From: Patescibacteria group bacterium | GTDB taxonomy: Bacteria > Patescibacteriota > Minisyncoccia > UBA6257 > 2-01-FULL-56-20 | Direction: 5' to 3' | DNA: 64,000 nt | NCBI GenBank assembly: GCA_038063755.1 | Contig: JBBTUL010000011.1 | Location: 71,040-135,039 of the forward strand | Part shown: piece after piece, positions 28,319 to 38,457 of the stretch | How positions within the stretch are numbered: position 1 is the stretch's first letter | Layout of the letters: every line of letters begins with the position of its first letter | Program-made: the position numbers and the translations under genes | Notes under the pieces: generated by a model | Seen by the model: the letters and a program-made list of their open reading frames with translations, nothing else | The model's database searches: none | What the model was told of the DNA's origin: nothing

Positions 28319-29713
28319 TCACGTCGAAAAAAGCGAGCCGAGAACCTCTCGCTTGAACTGATCTCCTCTATCTTTATAGCTTTTAAACATTCCGAAGCTC
28401 GCGCAGGCGGGAGAGAGCATCACAATGTCACCTGCGACAGCCTCCTTCCTTGCCACGTCAACAATCTCTGCCATCGACTTACATCCTTCTATAAATTTAA
28501 CTTCCCTCTTCTTTGTACGATCAATCGCCTCTTTTATTCTTTCCCACTCTTCGCCGATTCCGATAACTGCCTTTACCGATGCGTCGTTTTGGATAAGCTC
28601 GCCAAGCTCGCCGAAATCAGACCCCTTGTGCGACCCTCCCAAAATCATTATTTTTGGATAATTAAAAGCCTTAATCGCTGCAATCGCGCTTTCTGGTGTT
28701 GTCGAGAACGAGTCGTTTACGTATCGAACTCCGTCGATCTCGGCTATTAGCTCGAGCCGATGCGGCAATCCGCGGAAGCTCCTCAGGGTCGCAGCTATTA
28801 CTCTGGTTGAAACTCCGGCGCATTTTGCAGCCATCGTTGCGGCACAAACATTTTCTAGATTGTGCGACCCTGGCAGGAAAATTTCATTCGTGTCGACAAT
28901 CTTTTCTTCTTCGGCGTCGTTTCGCACAAAAACAGAATTGTCACGCACAAAACATCCCTCTCGAACCTCATCATTCCTGCTTACCCAATACTTTTTTCCG
29001 AAAGACTGATTTGCGATAAAAATGGAATTTTTAAAGTCCTGATTTGCGATAATAACATCGTTTGTCGATTGAAATTTTGCGATCGCTCCCTTCGCCTCTA
29101 CGTACTCCTCTTCGGTCACATGGTAGTCGAGGTGCTCGCTTGTTACCATAAGGACCACCGCAATGTTCGGACTTTTTGTTAAATCAATAAGCTGAAAGCT
29201 TGAAAGCTCACAGACCGAAACCGACTGCGCAGTAAGTTTTGGCAAAAGCGAAAGCATCGAAACTCCGATGTTCCCTCCGAGATAAACGTCCTTCCCTTCG
29301 CTTCGCAGCATTTCGGCGATGAGCGATGCGGTCGTTCCCTTCCCTTTTGTTCCGGTTACCCCAATCGTAAGCCCCTCCGCGTATTCAAAAAAGATTTTGG
29401 TTGAAGAAGTTATTTCGATTCCTTTCTCTCTCGTCGCCTTCAAGTAAGCTGCGCCGGAATGAACGCCGGGCGAACGGAATATAAAATCAAATCCGTCGAA
29501 ATTTTCAAACTTTCCGAAAACAACCGGAATGTCGAGAGATCTGCATTTTTTAATTGTCTCAGCATCGAGCAGCGCCTCTTCTTTCTCGTCAAAAACCGTT
29601 GGAATTGCTCCCTCTTCGAGAAGGAAAGAGGCGGCCTCGAGTCCGGCATCAACGCCCAAGCCCAAAACCGCAACCTTTTTCCCACTAAATTTTTCCTTTG
29701 GATCTCCTTTCAT
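28319..29713 (-). CDS. murD: UDP-N-acetylmuramoyl-L-alanine--D-glutamate ligase
   Basis: SPG, GTKGKGTT, GGNIG, ELSSFQL, HRLE, NDS.ST, LSPACASF. Confidence 0.96.
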   Translation of the reverse strand: MKGDPKEKFSGKKVAVLGLGVDAGLEAASFLLEEGAIPTVFDEKEEALLDAETIKKCRSLDIPVVFGKFENFDGFDFIFRSPGVHSGAAYLKATREKGIEITSSTKIFFEYAEGLTIGVTGTKGKGTTASLIAEMLRSEGKDVYLGGNIGVSMLSLLPKLTAQSVSVCELSSFQLIDLTKSPNIAVVLMVTSEHLDYHVTEEEYVEAKGAIAKFQSTNDVIIANQDFKNSIFIANQSFGKKYWVSRNDEVREGCFVRDNSVFVRNDAEEEKIVDTNEIFLPGSHNLENVCAATMAAKCAGVSTRVIAATLRSFRGLPHRLELIAEIDGVRYVNDSFSTTPESAIAAIKAFNYPKIMILGGSHKGSDFGELGELIQNDASVKAVIGIGEEWERIKEAIDRTKKREVKFIEGCKSMAEIVDVARKEAVAGDIVMLSPACASFGMFKSYKDRGDQFKREVLGSLFST

Positions 29714-29747
29714 GATATAGAGTCAGCTTAAACCACAATCTAAAAAG

Positions 29748-29770
29748 AAAAAAGAACCCTTTCCGGGTTC
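29748..29770 (-). terminator. Intrinsic terminator
   Basis: Minus strand GAACCC-ggaaa-GGGTTC-TTTTTT. Confidence 0.7.
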
Positions 29771-30102
29771 TATAGGAGCTGGATTCTTACGAGCTGCGCC
29801 AAATGGAATGTTGGAGAGACCTCCAAAACTGTCCCTACAACAAAAGTAACCACTTGAAAATAGCCGCCTCCCAGAGAGACTAGCCGCCCTGAAAATGAGC
29901 TGCTTCCTCCCCCGGGAAGAACTACTTCAACAAGGACCTTTTTTTCCTGCACTGTAAAACTGTTCAGCGCGTGCAGTTTTTCGATTCGAAGCGCGTCCTG
30001 TGCGAACTGCGAACGCGCATGCGCCATCCTAATCATTTTTAACGTTAGCGCGGCGGCTTCATGGTGCCGCGATTCGAAATCATAGCAACTTTTCGGCTCC
30101 AT
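29770..30102 (-). CDS. Orphan hypothetical protein
   Basis: AAGGAGG RBS (30107-30113), TTGACG-18-TATATT promoter, own terminator. Confidence 0.65.
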   Translation of the reverse strand: MEPKSCYDFESRHHEAAALTLKMIRMAHARSQFAQDALRIEKLHALNSFTVQEKKVLVEVVLPGGGSSSFSGRLVSLGGGYFQVVTFVVGTVLEVSPTFHLAQLVRIQLL

Positions 30103-30157
30103 CGCTCCTCCTTGTCGGTAATGCTATGAAGAATATAAGCGCGAACGGAAGAATTCG

Positions 30158-33133
30158 TCAAGCCCGCATCGTATCGCGCAGCGCACAATAGTTGCAATCT
30201 TTTCTTTCGCAACGCTTATCCCAAAAAGCTAAGCTTTTTATCTCATCGGCAACCCTAAGCACCGCTTGCTCAAGCTCTAAAACCTCTCCACTTTCGATTT
30301 CAAAAATTTCTTTCTTAAAGACACCCTTGTCGTTTGGCTCCGTAAAATCGATAACGCCAAATTTCATATTGAATTTCTTCTCTGGATAACGATCGAGAAG
30401 TAGTTTATAGAACACTAACTGCCGCTTATAGTCTCCTCCCGAATCGCCAACTTCTCCCGAAATCCAGTTCCGGCTTTCGGGTTTTTTTGTCTTGTAGTCA
30501 ACCACAAAAATGTTGCCTCCATCTTCGGAAAGCTCGATTTTATCAATTTTTCCGGTGATTTTGACATTGTCAGTCAGTATAATCCCGCGAACATTAAACT
30601 CAACAATGGCGTTGTAGTTCCATGTTTCCATGTTCGCTTCGACATACCGCGAAAAATTCTTTCTCCCTTTTTCTAAAAGTAGTTCTTTTTCGCGCTCGGA
30701 AAGCGGGTACTTACTAAGGTAAAAATTGAAACGCTCAATCACAAAGGGAATACCCGCTTCTTCCCCGCTTTTCTTTTTCTCAAAAAAACTCTGTAATGCT
30801 CCGTGTACGGCAATCCCATATATCTGTGCTTTTGAAGGAACGCTCGGGATCCGAATGAGGTTTTTGTAGAAATATTCCCACGGACAGCGAAGATAATTAT
30901 TAAGGTGCGTTGGCGAAAGTCCTCTTGTGAGGAATAGTTCGTTTAAAAATTCTTTTTCGGTGACGCTCGGAGCTTTTCTTTCGTTTTTTGCAAAAACAAT
31001 CTCCCTGCTTTTCTCAAATTCCTCTTCGTATGGAACGCCGTCCTCGATTCGAACAAGCTCCGCTCTTACTTCCTCTAAGAACTGGCTTGGAACGCGCTCT
31101 CGACCATTCGCATCCACCTTTGCAAAGGTGATACATGCTCCTTTTTTTGCACGAGTAAGGGCCATGTAGAACAAACGACGCTCGTCTTCGTTTTTTTCAA
31201 ACTCCTTTACGCTCGCGCTCGTTTTGAAGGGAAGCGCAAAATGATTGTGAGATTTTTTGTTTCCCCAGTGTCCGTCGGTTGCTCCGGCAACATAGACATA
31301 TTCGAATTCAAGCCCTTTCGCTCGATGGGCAGTCATGAGACGAACCGCCTGGAGCCCTCGCCTATGCCTCCCTTTTATAGAAACTCCGTGTTCCTCAAGA
31401 ATCACGAGATGGTCCATAAAATCCTTGAGCTTATAAAAACCGTTATCTCCTACAAGTCCCTTCGCTTCGCCGAAGAAAAGATCGAGTTTCTCCATTTTCT
31501 GGATCATTTCTTCTCCTTTTAGAACGTGCGCAAGAAAACCGGACTCTCGAACAATTTCCTCAAAAAGCCTAAGGAAGGGCTCATTTTCGCTCTTCACTTT
31601 CCACGCCCTCAGATTCTCCACGAACGAATGAACTGCGGGAATGTTCACGAACCTGTTCGCGTCATAATTCTTTCTAAAAAGCATATCAAAAATTGATTCG
31701 CCTCCTCTCGCATCACGCTCAACAAGAGTATAAATGTCGATTGGTTCAATTTCTAAGAAGTCAATGTGCAATGCTTTAATGAGATGTTCGTCGCTTCCAA
31801 AATTCATGACTGCAGCAAGAATCGCAATGAGCTTCTTTATGTCGGGATCGGAGAGCAGGTTTTCGTCTGATTCAACAACGTGAGGAATTCCCTTTTTTGC
31901 CAGAAAGTCTGCGATTGGGAACGCGTCTCGGTTTTCGCGATAAAGAATTGCAATTTCCTCCGGGGCAACTCCTTCGTCGATTTTTCTCGCAATATCTACC
32001 GCAAGAAAATATAATTCCGCTTCGGTCTTTTCGAAGGAGAGAAGCCGCAGGGGTGTCCCGGATTCTTTTTTCACAGAAAACAATGAGTGATGGATGGTGG
32101 CTTTATTGTGGGATATCAGGCTCTCTGCGGAATCAAGTATCGACTGTGTTGATCGATAGTTTGTGGTAAGACTCACAAGACTTGCAACCGGGTATTTGTT
32201 TTTGAAATAAAGAAAGTTCTCAAGACTCGCTCCTTGGAATCTGAAAATCGCTTGCTTTTCGTCGCCAACTACAAATAGATTCGGATTTTCTTGAAAACTT
32301 GCGATAAGTTCCAAAACTTTATTTTGTGCACCATTCGTGTCTTGATGCTCATCAACCAAAATATATTGATAGTTTTCCTGTATCTCAAGAAGAAACGCTT
32401 CGTTCTCTGAAAATGATCTTACGACTTCTAAGATCATATCTTCAAAATCATAAAGTTTTCGCAGCCGAAGTTCGTTTTGATACTCTCGGTAAGCGCTCGC
32501 CAATTCCTTATTTTTTTCGATGCTCACGAGCTTCTTTTGATACTCGCCTTTCATTTTTCCTTGGTGAGCACCCTTCTCGTGATAAAGGTCTGAAATTTTT
32601 CCAAATTCCTCTTTTTCGGTTTCGACCAATTCCTCGAAATCATTCGGTGAAATACCCTCATTTTTTATCGACCTGATTGCCGAGAGGATTGAAGGGATAT
32701 AGAAAAAACTGTCTCCGTAGGGGCGAAGATGCTCGGCCTCCATTCGAAGCACAACATCTCGCAAAATAGAGATCTGATCCACCGCAGTCGCGCTTCGCCC
32801 CCCGATTATTCCAGGGAAATACTCCGGATGGTCTCGGATGATTTTATTGCAAAATCCGTGAAACGTATGGATTGCAACGTAGTATCCCCGACTCCCAATA
32901 AGGGAAACAAGCCGCCGCCTCATATTTGCGGCAGCCGACTCGGTAAAAGTAAGGGCGAGGATGGCATCCGCCGGAGCTCCGGTTTGCTTTAAAATATTCG
33001 CTATTCGAAGGGTAAGAATCTGCGTTTTCCCCGTTCCTGGACCGGCAATGACCATAACCGGTCCCTCGATTGCGTCAACCGCCCGCTTCTGTTCCAGGTT
33101 AAGGCTTGTATATGCTTTTTCGAACGTTTCCAT
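30158..33133 (-). CDS. UvrD/PcrA-family SF1 helicase fused to a C-terminal PD-(D/E)XK nuclease
   Basis: AGPGTGKT, VDEHQD, VGDEKQAIFRF, NYRS, TAHRAKGLEF, ERRLFYMALTRAK; C-terminal GKIDKI..DYKT with C...CxxxxCxxC. Confidence 0.93.
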   Translation of the reverse strand: METFEKAYTSLNLEQKRAVDAIEGPVMVIAGPGTGKTQILTLRIANILKQTGAPADAILALTFTESAAANMRRRLVSLIGSRGYYVAIHTFHGFCNKIIRDHPEYFPGIIGGRSATAVDQISILRDVVLRMEAEHLRPYGDSFFYIPSILSAIRSIKNEGISPNDFEELVETEKEEFGKISDLYHEKGAHQGKMKGEYQKKLVSIEKNKELASAYREYQNELRLRKLYDFEDMILEVVRSFSENEAFLLEIQENYQYILVDEHQDTNGAQNKVLELIASFQENPNLFVVGDEKQAIFRFQGASLENFLYFKNKYPVASLVSLTTNYRSTQSILDSAESLISHNKATIHHSLFSVKKESGTPLRLLSFEKTEAELYFLAVDIARKIDEGVAPEEIAILYRENRDAFPIADFLAKKGIPHVVESDENLLSDPDIKKLIAILAAVMNFGSDEHLIKALHIDFLEIEPIDIYTLVERDARGGESIFDMLFRKNYDANRFVNIPAVHSFVENLRAWKVKSENEPFLRLFEEIVRESGFLAHVLKGEEMIQKMEKLDLFFGEAKGLVGDNGFYKLKDFMDHLVILEEHGVSIKGRHRRGLQAVRLMTAHRAKGLEFEYVYVAGATDGHWGNKKSHNHFALPFKTSASVKEFEKNEDERRLFYMALTRAKKGACITFAKVDANGRERVPSQFLEEVRAELVRIEDGVPYEEEFEKSREIVFAKNERKAPSVTEKEFLNELFLTRGLSPTHLNNYLRCPWEYFYKNLIRIPSVPSKAQIYGIAVHGALQSFFEKKKSGEEAGIPFVIERFNFYLSKYPLSEREKELLLEKGRKNFSRYVEANMETWNYNAIVEFNVRGIILTDNVKITGKIDKIELSEDGGNIFVVDYKTKKPESRNWISGEVGDSGGDYKRQLVFYKLLLDRYPEKKFNMKFGVIDFTEPNDKGVFKKEIFEIESGEVLELEQAVLRVADEIKSLAFWDKRCERKDCNYCALRDTMRA

Positions 33134-33188
33134 GTTCTTCTTTTTTCACAGGATAACACACCGCGAAGCATCATGGTAAAATAATCCA

Positions 33189-34241
33189 ATGGAAACAGCA
33201 CTTCTTTCTTTCTTTTTCGCGGTTTTATTCATCGGTTTCTTGTATCTCGCATACATAGTACGAAAGAACACGAGCGAAAAGCCAAGAGATGATTCTCAGT
33301 CGATGCTGCTTCTGCAAAATCAGATAGCGGAACTCAATCGAACGCTCGACATGAAACTCCGAGAGACCGGCGACAGAGCCGAACGCCAATTCGGGGAAAG
33401 CGCCAAGATTATCAAGGACGTTACCGAGAGACTAACCAAGCTCGACGAAACAAACCGACAAGTGGTGAACTTCGCAGATCAGCTCCAGTCGCTCCAGGAC
33501 ATTTTAAAAAATCCGAAACAGCGCGGCGTTTTGGGCGAATACTACTTGGAGGCCCTTCTTAAAAATGTTCTTCCCCCGGGCTCATACCAGACACAGTATG
33601 AGTTTAAAGATGGAACTAAGGTTGACGCTGTTGTTTTCGTAAAGGACAAGATCATTCCGATCGACTCAAAGTTTTCTCTTGAAAACTACAACCGGATTGT
33701 TGAAGAACGAGATCCTACGGAGCGAGAACGCCTCGAAAAGGTTTTTAGGAATGACCTCAAGAACCGAATCGACGAAACATCGAAATATGTAAAGCCGGAT
33801 GAAGGAACGATGGAATTTGCCTTTATGTTTATTCCGCACGAGGCAATCTATTACGATCTTCTTGTGGCGCAGATCGGCGCAGTCAAAGTCTCGACTCGCG
33901 ATCTCATCGAATATGCCTTTCGAGACAAGCACGTCATCATTGTTTCCCCCACTTCATTCCTCGCTTATCTCCAAACCGTTCTCCAGGGCCTTAAGGCTCT
34001 CCAGATTGAAGAGTCGGCAAAGGAAATACGCAAAAACGTTGAACTTCTCGCGAGCCACTTAGTGAGCTATGAAGAATATATGCGAAAACTGGGAGGCCAT
34101 CTTGGAACCACAGTTACCGCCTATAATAACGCGTCGAAGGAATTCAAGAAGGTTGACAAGGACATTTTCAGAATCACCGACCGCGTACTTGAAGTTGAAT
34201 CAGCCGAACCCGAACTAGAAAAGCCGGAGCTAAGTCGGTAA
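33189..34241 (+). CDS. rmuC: DNA recombination protein RmuC
   Basis: N-terminal TM, KQRGVLGE, PIDSKF, FAFMFIP, VSPT. Confidence 0.93.
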   Translation: METALLSFFFAVLFIGFLYLAYIVRKNTSEKPRDDSQSMLLLQNQIAELNRTLDMKLRETGDRAERQFGESAKIIKDVTERLTKLDETNRQVVNFADQLQSLQDILKNPKQRGVLGEYYLEALLKNVLPPGSYQTQYEFKDGTKVDAVVFVKDKIIPIDSKFSLENYNRIVEERDPTERERLEKVFRNDLKNRIDETSKYVKPDEGTMEFAFMFIPHEAIYYDLLVAQIGAVKVSTRDLIEYAFRDKHVIIVSPTSFLAYLQTVLQGLKALQIEESAKEIRKNVELLASHLVSYEEYMRKLGGHLGTTVTAYNNASKEFKKVDKDIFRITDRVLEVESAEPELEKPELSR

Positions 34242-34268
34242 CAAAAAGACCGAGGGGTTAGCTCGGTC
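34241..34268 (-). terminator. Intrinsic terminator (GACCGAG family)
   Basis: GACCGAG/CTCGGTC stem followed by TTTTT on the minus strand. Confidence 0.75.
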
Positions 34269-34283
34269 ATATGATTTCTGCTT

Positions 34284-34991
34284 TTAGAGATCAATCTCGA
34301 CTGAAATCGCAAGGTGATCAGAGCCGCTGGGCGCCATCACCTGAAACGATCCGGGAACGACTCCGTCGTAAATATCACGACTTACGAAGATATAATCCAG
34401 TCGGGTATTGATCCCCCCCGGATTGCATCCGCTGCACCCTTCGGGATGCGCGCTCCAAGTCGGATTCGAATCGGGATCGGTGTCCCGCATGTGGTTGTTC
34501 ATTGCTGCAATCACTTCGCTTCCGGGGACTGCGTTGAAATCCCCCATCACAACCGTTCGCCTTCCTCGTGAGATCCGAAGAAGACGATGGGCCTGAACTA
34601 GCTGCGTATCCGAGAGCCTTTGATGCGTATGCAGAAGATGCGTACAATATACATGAAGGAGCGGCTCTCCATCACCATCTTCAATCCCTGCATAAACAGC
34701 TCTCCGCATGTCCTTTCGGGACAAAGGATAGCTACCTATGGGTCCAGTCCCTGGTAACCTAGAAAAAATCGCATTCCCCATCACCCTTCCGTCCTTAAGG
34801 GTCATGACCCCAGAACATACTCCATGCCTATATCCTTCCCCAATGAGGATGCGGCGAATATCCCTCTTCGGGTCATTCAGCATGACCTCTTGGAGAGCAA
34901 TCACATCCGCATTGCACGCCCTAAGCAACCTGGAAACTCCCTCGAAATCACAGTTGCACCAAATGTTCCAGGAGAAAAGCTTGATTCTCAT
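34284..34991 (-). CDS. Endonuclease/exonuclease/phosphatase family protein
   Basis: SWNI, ALQEV, GNAIFSR, THL, GDFN, LDYIF, SDH. Confidence 0.9.
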   Translation of the reverse strand: MRIKLFSWNIWCNCDFEGVSRLLRACNADVIALQEVMLNDPKRDIRRILIGEGYRHGVCSGVMTLKDGRVMGNAIFSRLPGTGPIGSYPLSRKDMRRAVYAGIEDGDGEPLLHVYCTHLLHTHQRLSDTQLVQAHRLLRISRGRRTVVMGDFNAVPGSEVIAAMNNHMRDTDPDSNPTWSAHPEGCSGCNPGGINTRLDYIFVSRDIYDGVVPGSFQVMAPSGSDHLAISVEIDL

Positions 34992-35056
34992 CGGCCTCTT
35001 CCTCCTTTAAATTACTTTCTCCAACGTACACTCTTTTTACAAATTCGTCAAGACAA

Positions 35057-35228
35057 ACAAAAAGACCGAGCGTAGCTCGGTCGAATGATGAAGTCCCGAA
35101 GGACATTATTGGAAGGTACGATCCCCTGCCTCGATGGGACGCATGGGGCACCCCGCCGGATGGCCAGGCATGGCCTGACGTTTGGTGTTACCCGGTGTTT
35201 CTTGGCTTCTCCGCACCGAGGCAGGGGT
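35057..35228 (-). ncRNA. Candidate structured small RNA (~170 nt), family unknown
   Basis: 14-bp closing stem with one G-U, GUCC-UUCG-GGAC hairpin, intrinsic terminator, TATTAT box just upstream. Confidence 0.5.
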
Positions 35229-35269
35229 ACTTATAATACTTACATCCGCAAATATCGTTGTCAAGAATC

Positions 35270-37024
35270 CTACCGCCTTCCTCCCTGCTCGCGCCAAAGA
35301 GCCGCGTAAAGCCCTTCTTTCGTGAGCAATTCCGTGTGACTCCCGCGCTCTACGATCCTTCCCTTCTCAAGAACATAAATCCGCTTCGCATGTTGAATGG
35401 TCGAAAGGCGGTGCGCTACAAGGATGGTGATTACGTTCGGGCGCGACACTTCGATATCTTGAATCGTTTTGGTGATGGCTTTTTCGGTAATGGAGTCAAG
35501 GCTCGATGTCGCTTCGTCGAAAATAATAAATTCGGGGCTTCGCAGAAGTGCTCGGGCAATCGCAAGACGCTGACGTTCTCCACCTGAAATCTTTATCCCT
35601 CCTTCGCCAATTCTTGTGTCAAGATCCTTTCCGCCGCGCTCTATAATCGCAAGTGCGGAAGCGAGTCGGAGCGCCTCTCGACATTCGTTATCGCTCGCAT
35701 CGGGGTTTACAAAAAGTAGATTTTCCCGGATTGTTCCTGCAAAAAGTTGTGTTTCCTGAGAAACAAGGCCGATTCGCTTTCGGAGCGCTGCGTAATCGAT
35801 CTCCGACGAATCGATTTTGTTTATAAAAATTTGTCCTTCCGTTGGTCGATATAAGCCGGCAAGGAGTTTTATCACGGTGCTCTTTCCCCCACCTGATGGA
35901 CCGACGAAAGCAATCACCTCTCCGTCTTTTGCTTCAAATGAAATTTCTTTTACGGATGGATCTTCATTCCCCTCGTAGGAGAAACTAACTTTTTTAAAGT
36001 TGATACTTTTAAGTGGTCCTGTATCTTTCGGACTATACGGCGCGTGCTCCGGCTCTTTTGTAAAAACTCCCTCAAGCTGCTCAAGGCTTGCCTTCGCCTC
36101 TTGAAACTGGGCTGTAACATTTCCGATTTCCGAGAGGGGGTTGAAAATGGCAAATGAATAAAAAAGTAACGAGAAGAATTCTCCGAGCGTTATCGATCCC
36201 CGAAAAACGAACCATAACATAAGAAGTAAGAGTCCTGAACGAAAAGCATTTATTGTAGTTCCCTGGATAAAGCTCATGGTCCGTATAAGACGAACCTTCT
36301 TGAGCTCAAGATCGAGTATCTTGTCGTTCACCGAATTCAGGCGCCCAATCTCCTGCCGCTCTAAGCCAAGGCTTTTCACCAGTTCAACGTTTCGCATGGT
36401 CTCAGTCGTTGATCCAGCAAGCTCTGCCGTTTCACGCACAACGGCCTTTTGGGCAGCTTTAATCTTTTTTGAAGTGAAAAAAGCAACAGTTCCAAGCACC
36501 GGAATCATGAGAAAATACATGAGTCCTATAATCCACTGAACGGTTGCCGCGTAAATAAGAACAAAGATAATTCCGATGAGAGCAAGGAAGAGATTGTTGA
36601 TCGAACTTGAGATAACACGCTCGCTGTCAGACCTTGCTTTTTGAAGTTTCTGAAGCAGCTCGCCGGATCGCTGATCTTCAAAAGCCACGTACGGAAGCGA
36701 AAAAGAATGCGCAACGCTTTCCGCGTACATCCTGGCTCCTACGCGCTGGGTTACCACGCTCACATAGTAATCCTGAAAGTTTTTCGCAATTCGCGAAATC
36801 AGAGCCACGCCCATTGAGGCAAGAAGCAAGAGAAGAACTCCCCGCAGAAAGTCTTCCCGCGAAAGTTCGTGAATTTTCTGCGCGTAGTCATCAATGATCA
36901 GACGAAAAATTTGCGGATCAAGAAGCGAGAAGCCCTGATTTATGGTTGCGAGAAAAAGCGCGAGAGTAAGGTATTTCTTGTTCCTCTTTAAGTATGAAAA
37001 TATAAGACGCATAGGTCCGGTCAT
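35270..37024 (-). CDS. ABC transporter, fused permease/ATPase (MsbA-like exporter)
   Basis: Multi-TM N-half, GPSGGGKST, ISGGERQR, IFDEATS. Confidence 0.95.
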   Translation of the reverse strand: MTGPMRLIFSYLKRNKKYLTLALFLATINQGFSLLDPQIFRLIIDDYAQKIHELSREDFLRGVLLLLLASMGVALISRIAKNFQDYYVSVVTQRVGARMYAESVAHSFSLPYVAFEDQRSGELLQKLQKARSDSERVISSSINNLFLALIGIIFVLIYAATVQWIIGLMYFLMIPVLGTVAFFTSKKIKAAQKAVVRETAELAGSTTETMRNVELVKSLGLERQEIGRLNSVNDKILDLELKKVRLIRTMSFIQGTTINAFRSGLLLLMLWFVFRGSITLGEFFSLLFYSFAIFNPLSEIGNVTAQFQEAKASLEQLEGVFTKEPEHAPYSPKDTGPLKSINFKKVSFSYEGNEDPSVKEISFEAKDGEVIAFVGPSGGGKSTVIKLLAGLYRPTEGQIFINKIDSSEIDYAALRKRIGLVSQETQLFAGTIRENLLFVNPDASDNECREALRLASALAIIERGGKDLDTRIGEGGIKISGGERQRLAIARALLRSPEFIIFDEATSSLDSITEKAITKTIQDIEVSRPNVITILVAHRLSTIQHAKRIYVLEKGRIVERGSHTELLTKEGLYAALWREQGGRR

Positions 37025-37044
37025 CTTAGCACAAAAATTACAAT

Positions 37045-37068
37045 AAAAAAGACCGGATGAATCCGGTC
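37045..37068 (-). terminator. Intrinsic terminator
   Basis: GACCGGA-ttca-TCCGGTC-TTTTTT on the minus strand. Confidence 0.75.
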
Positions 37069-37084
37069 GTCTAATAAATATTTC

Positions 37085-37342
37085 TTAAAAGCGGCGCGGC
37101 AGAGGTACGAAAAAGACCGCGAGACAGTCCGCCCAAAAATTACCATCGAAAAAGGCCTTTGCCTTTCGATATAAAGACACTGCCTCTTTCTCTGAAGTTT
37201 CTTTCCTGCAGAGCCTTCCTCCGATGAGACTCCTTCCTTCCTCGGACGAAGCGACGAGGAAAGAGTCTCCGTTAGAAAAAGAAACAATGCAATTTCCACC
37301 TGAAGGAATAACAGCCGAAGAAGACTCGATCATTCCACGCAT
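37085..37342 (-). CDS. Orphan hypothetical protein (85 aa)
   Basis: ATG 37342 with AGGAGG RBS 7 nt upstream; TTGACG-18-TATAAA promoter; terminator. Confidence 0.6.
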   Translation of the reverse strand: MRGMIESSSAVIPSGGNCIVSFSNGDSFLVASSEEGRSLIGGRLCRKETSEKEAVSLYRKAKAFFDGNFWADCLAVFFVPLPRRF

Positions 37343-37405
37343 TGTGTATCCTCCTCTAGTTGTGCCGAACTGTTTATACCGCAAACCGAACCGGTTCGTC
37401 AAGGC

Positions 37406-38113
37406 CTATGCCCTTATATAATCGTTCCAATATCGGTAGAGATCCTTGGTCGCACGAAGATCACCAACATTATACCTGGCAATTTCCAAAAACTTTTTTT
37501 CACTAAAAAGTCGGCTCACATCGTCTCCCGTTACTCCATCTTCCTTCGGGCTTTTGATGCCAAATGCCCGAGACCAAAGATGCAAACTTCCTTTTCTGCG
37601 CACCGCTCCGTAGAACGTGAGTTGATCCTGAAGATCAATATGCCGACATCCGCGCTGTTGCGAAAGATATCTTCCTTCCATCAGGTCTTGTGTCGGACGG
37701 ATTTTGTGAATTGCAGAACGAATCGCGAGAAACGGCGCGTCAAACCCTCGCCCATTGAAGCTCACAAACTCGTCGTACTTTTTCGCCCCTTCCCAGAAGC
37801 TTTTGAGCATTTCTTTTTCGCTCATCGGCTTGAATGTAATACCCTCCTCCGTCGTCGGCTCAAGTTTTTCCCCAGGAGCTTGATAATAGACAACGCCCTC
37901 GTCTCTGTCGTAGTCAAGCACACCGATTGCAACAATCTCACCCGTGAGCGGCGAAAAGCCGAGTCCGTTTTTTAGCTCTTCAAGCGCGCCCTCGAATTCC
38001 TCGGAGTCGCCGAATTCTTTTTTTATCCAGCGAGTGAGGTTTTCCTGCGTCGCCTCGTCGAGCGCGTTCCAATCCTCCCCAACTGTTTCGATATCAAAAA
38101 TGAGTCTGGCCAT
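37406..38113 (-). CDS. PolB-type 3'-5' exonuclease / RNase H-like protein
   Basis: IFDIET, FNGRGFDAPF, HIDL, YNVGD. Confidence 0.88.
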   Translation of the reverse strand: MARLIFDIETVGEDWNALDEATQENLTRWIKKEFGDSEEFEGALEELKNGLGFSPLTGEIVAIGVLDYDRDEGVVYYQAPGEKLEPTTEEGITFKPMSEKEMLKSFWEGAKKYDEFVSFNGRGFDAPFLAIRSAIHKIRPTQDLMEGRYLSQQRGCRHIDLQDQLTFYGAVRRKGSLHLWSRAFGIKSPKEDGVTGDDVSRLFSEKKFLEIARYNVGDLRATKDLYRYWNDYIRA

Positions 38114-38115
38114 GT

Positions 38116-38457
38116 TTATATTCCATAAGGAAGCTTGTTAATTTTTGCCGCGACAATAAAATCGTTTTGAGAAAGACCTCCTATTGCGTGCGTCCAAAGT
38201 TCGAGAGTAACTTTATTATATGAAATTTTGATGTCCGGATGGTGCCCCTCGTCTTCTGCGATCTTCGCTACTTCATAGACGAATGTTACAGCCTCGCTAA
38301 AGCTTTTAAGCACATATTCTTTTTTGATTTTCTTCCCTTCAAGAAGAACCCAGCCGGGACCAATTTCTGAAAGAAGCGGCGTGAGATCCACTCCCTCGAG
38401 GGGTTTTACTCCGCCCTCGCATGCAACGCATCTCTTTTCGTGAAGCGGGGATGTCAT
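38116..38457 (-). CDS. phhB: Pterin-4-alpha-carbinolamine dehydratase
   Basis: CVACEGG, AEDEGHHPDI, WTHAIGGLSQNDF. Confidence 0.92.
   Translation of the reverse strand: MTSPLHEKRCVACEGGVKPLEGVDLTPLLSEIGPGWVLLEGKKIKKEYVLKSFSEAVTFVYEVAKIAEDEGHHPDIKISYNKVTLELWTHAIGGLSQNDFIVAAKINKLPYGI

Noticed and set aside
34241-37068. Integron cassette array
   Set aside because: The hairpins look like terminators, lack RYYYAAC/GTTRRRY attC ends, and no integron integrase is present.
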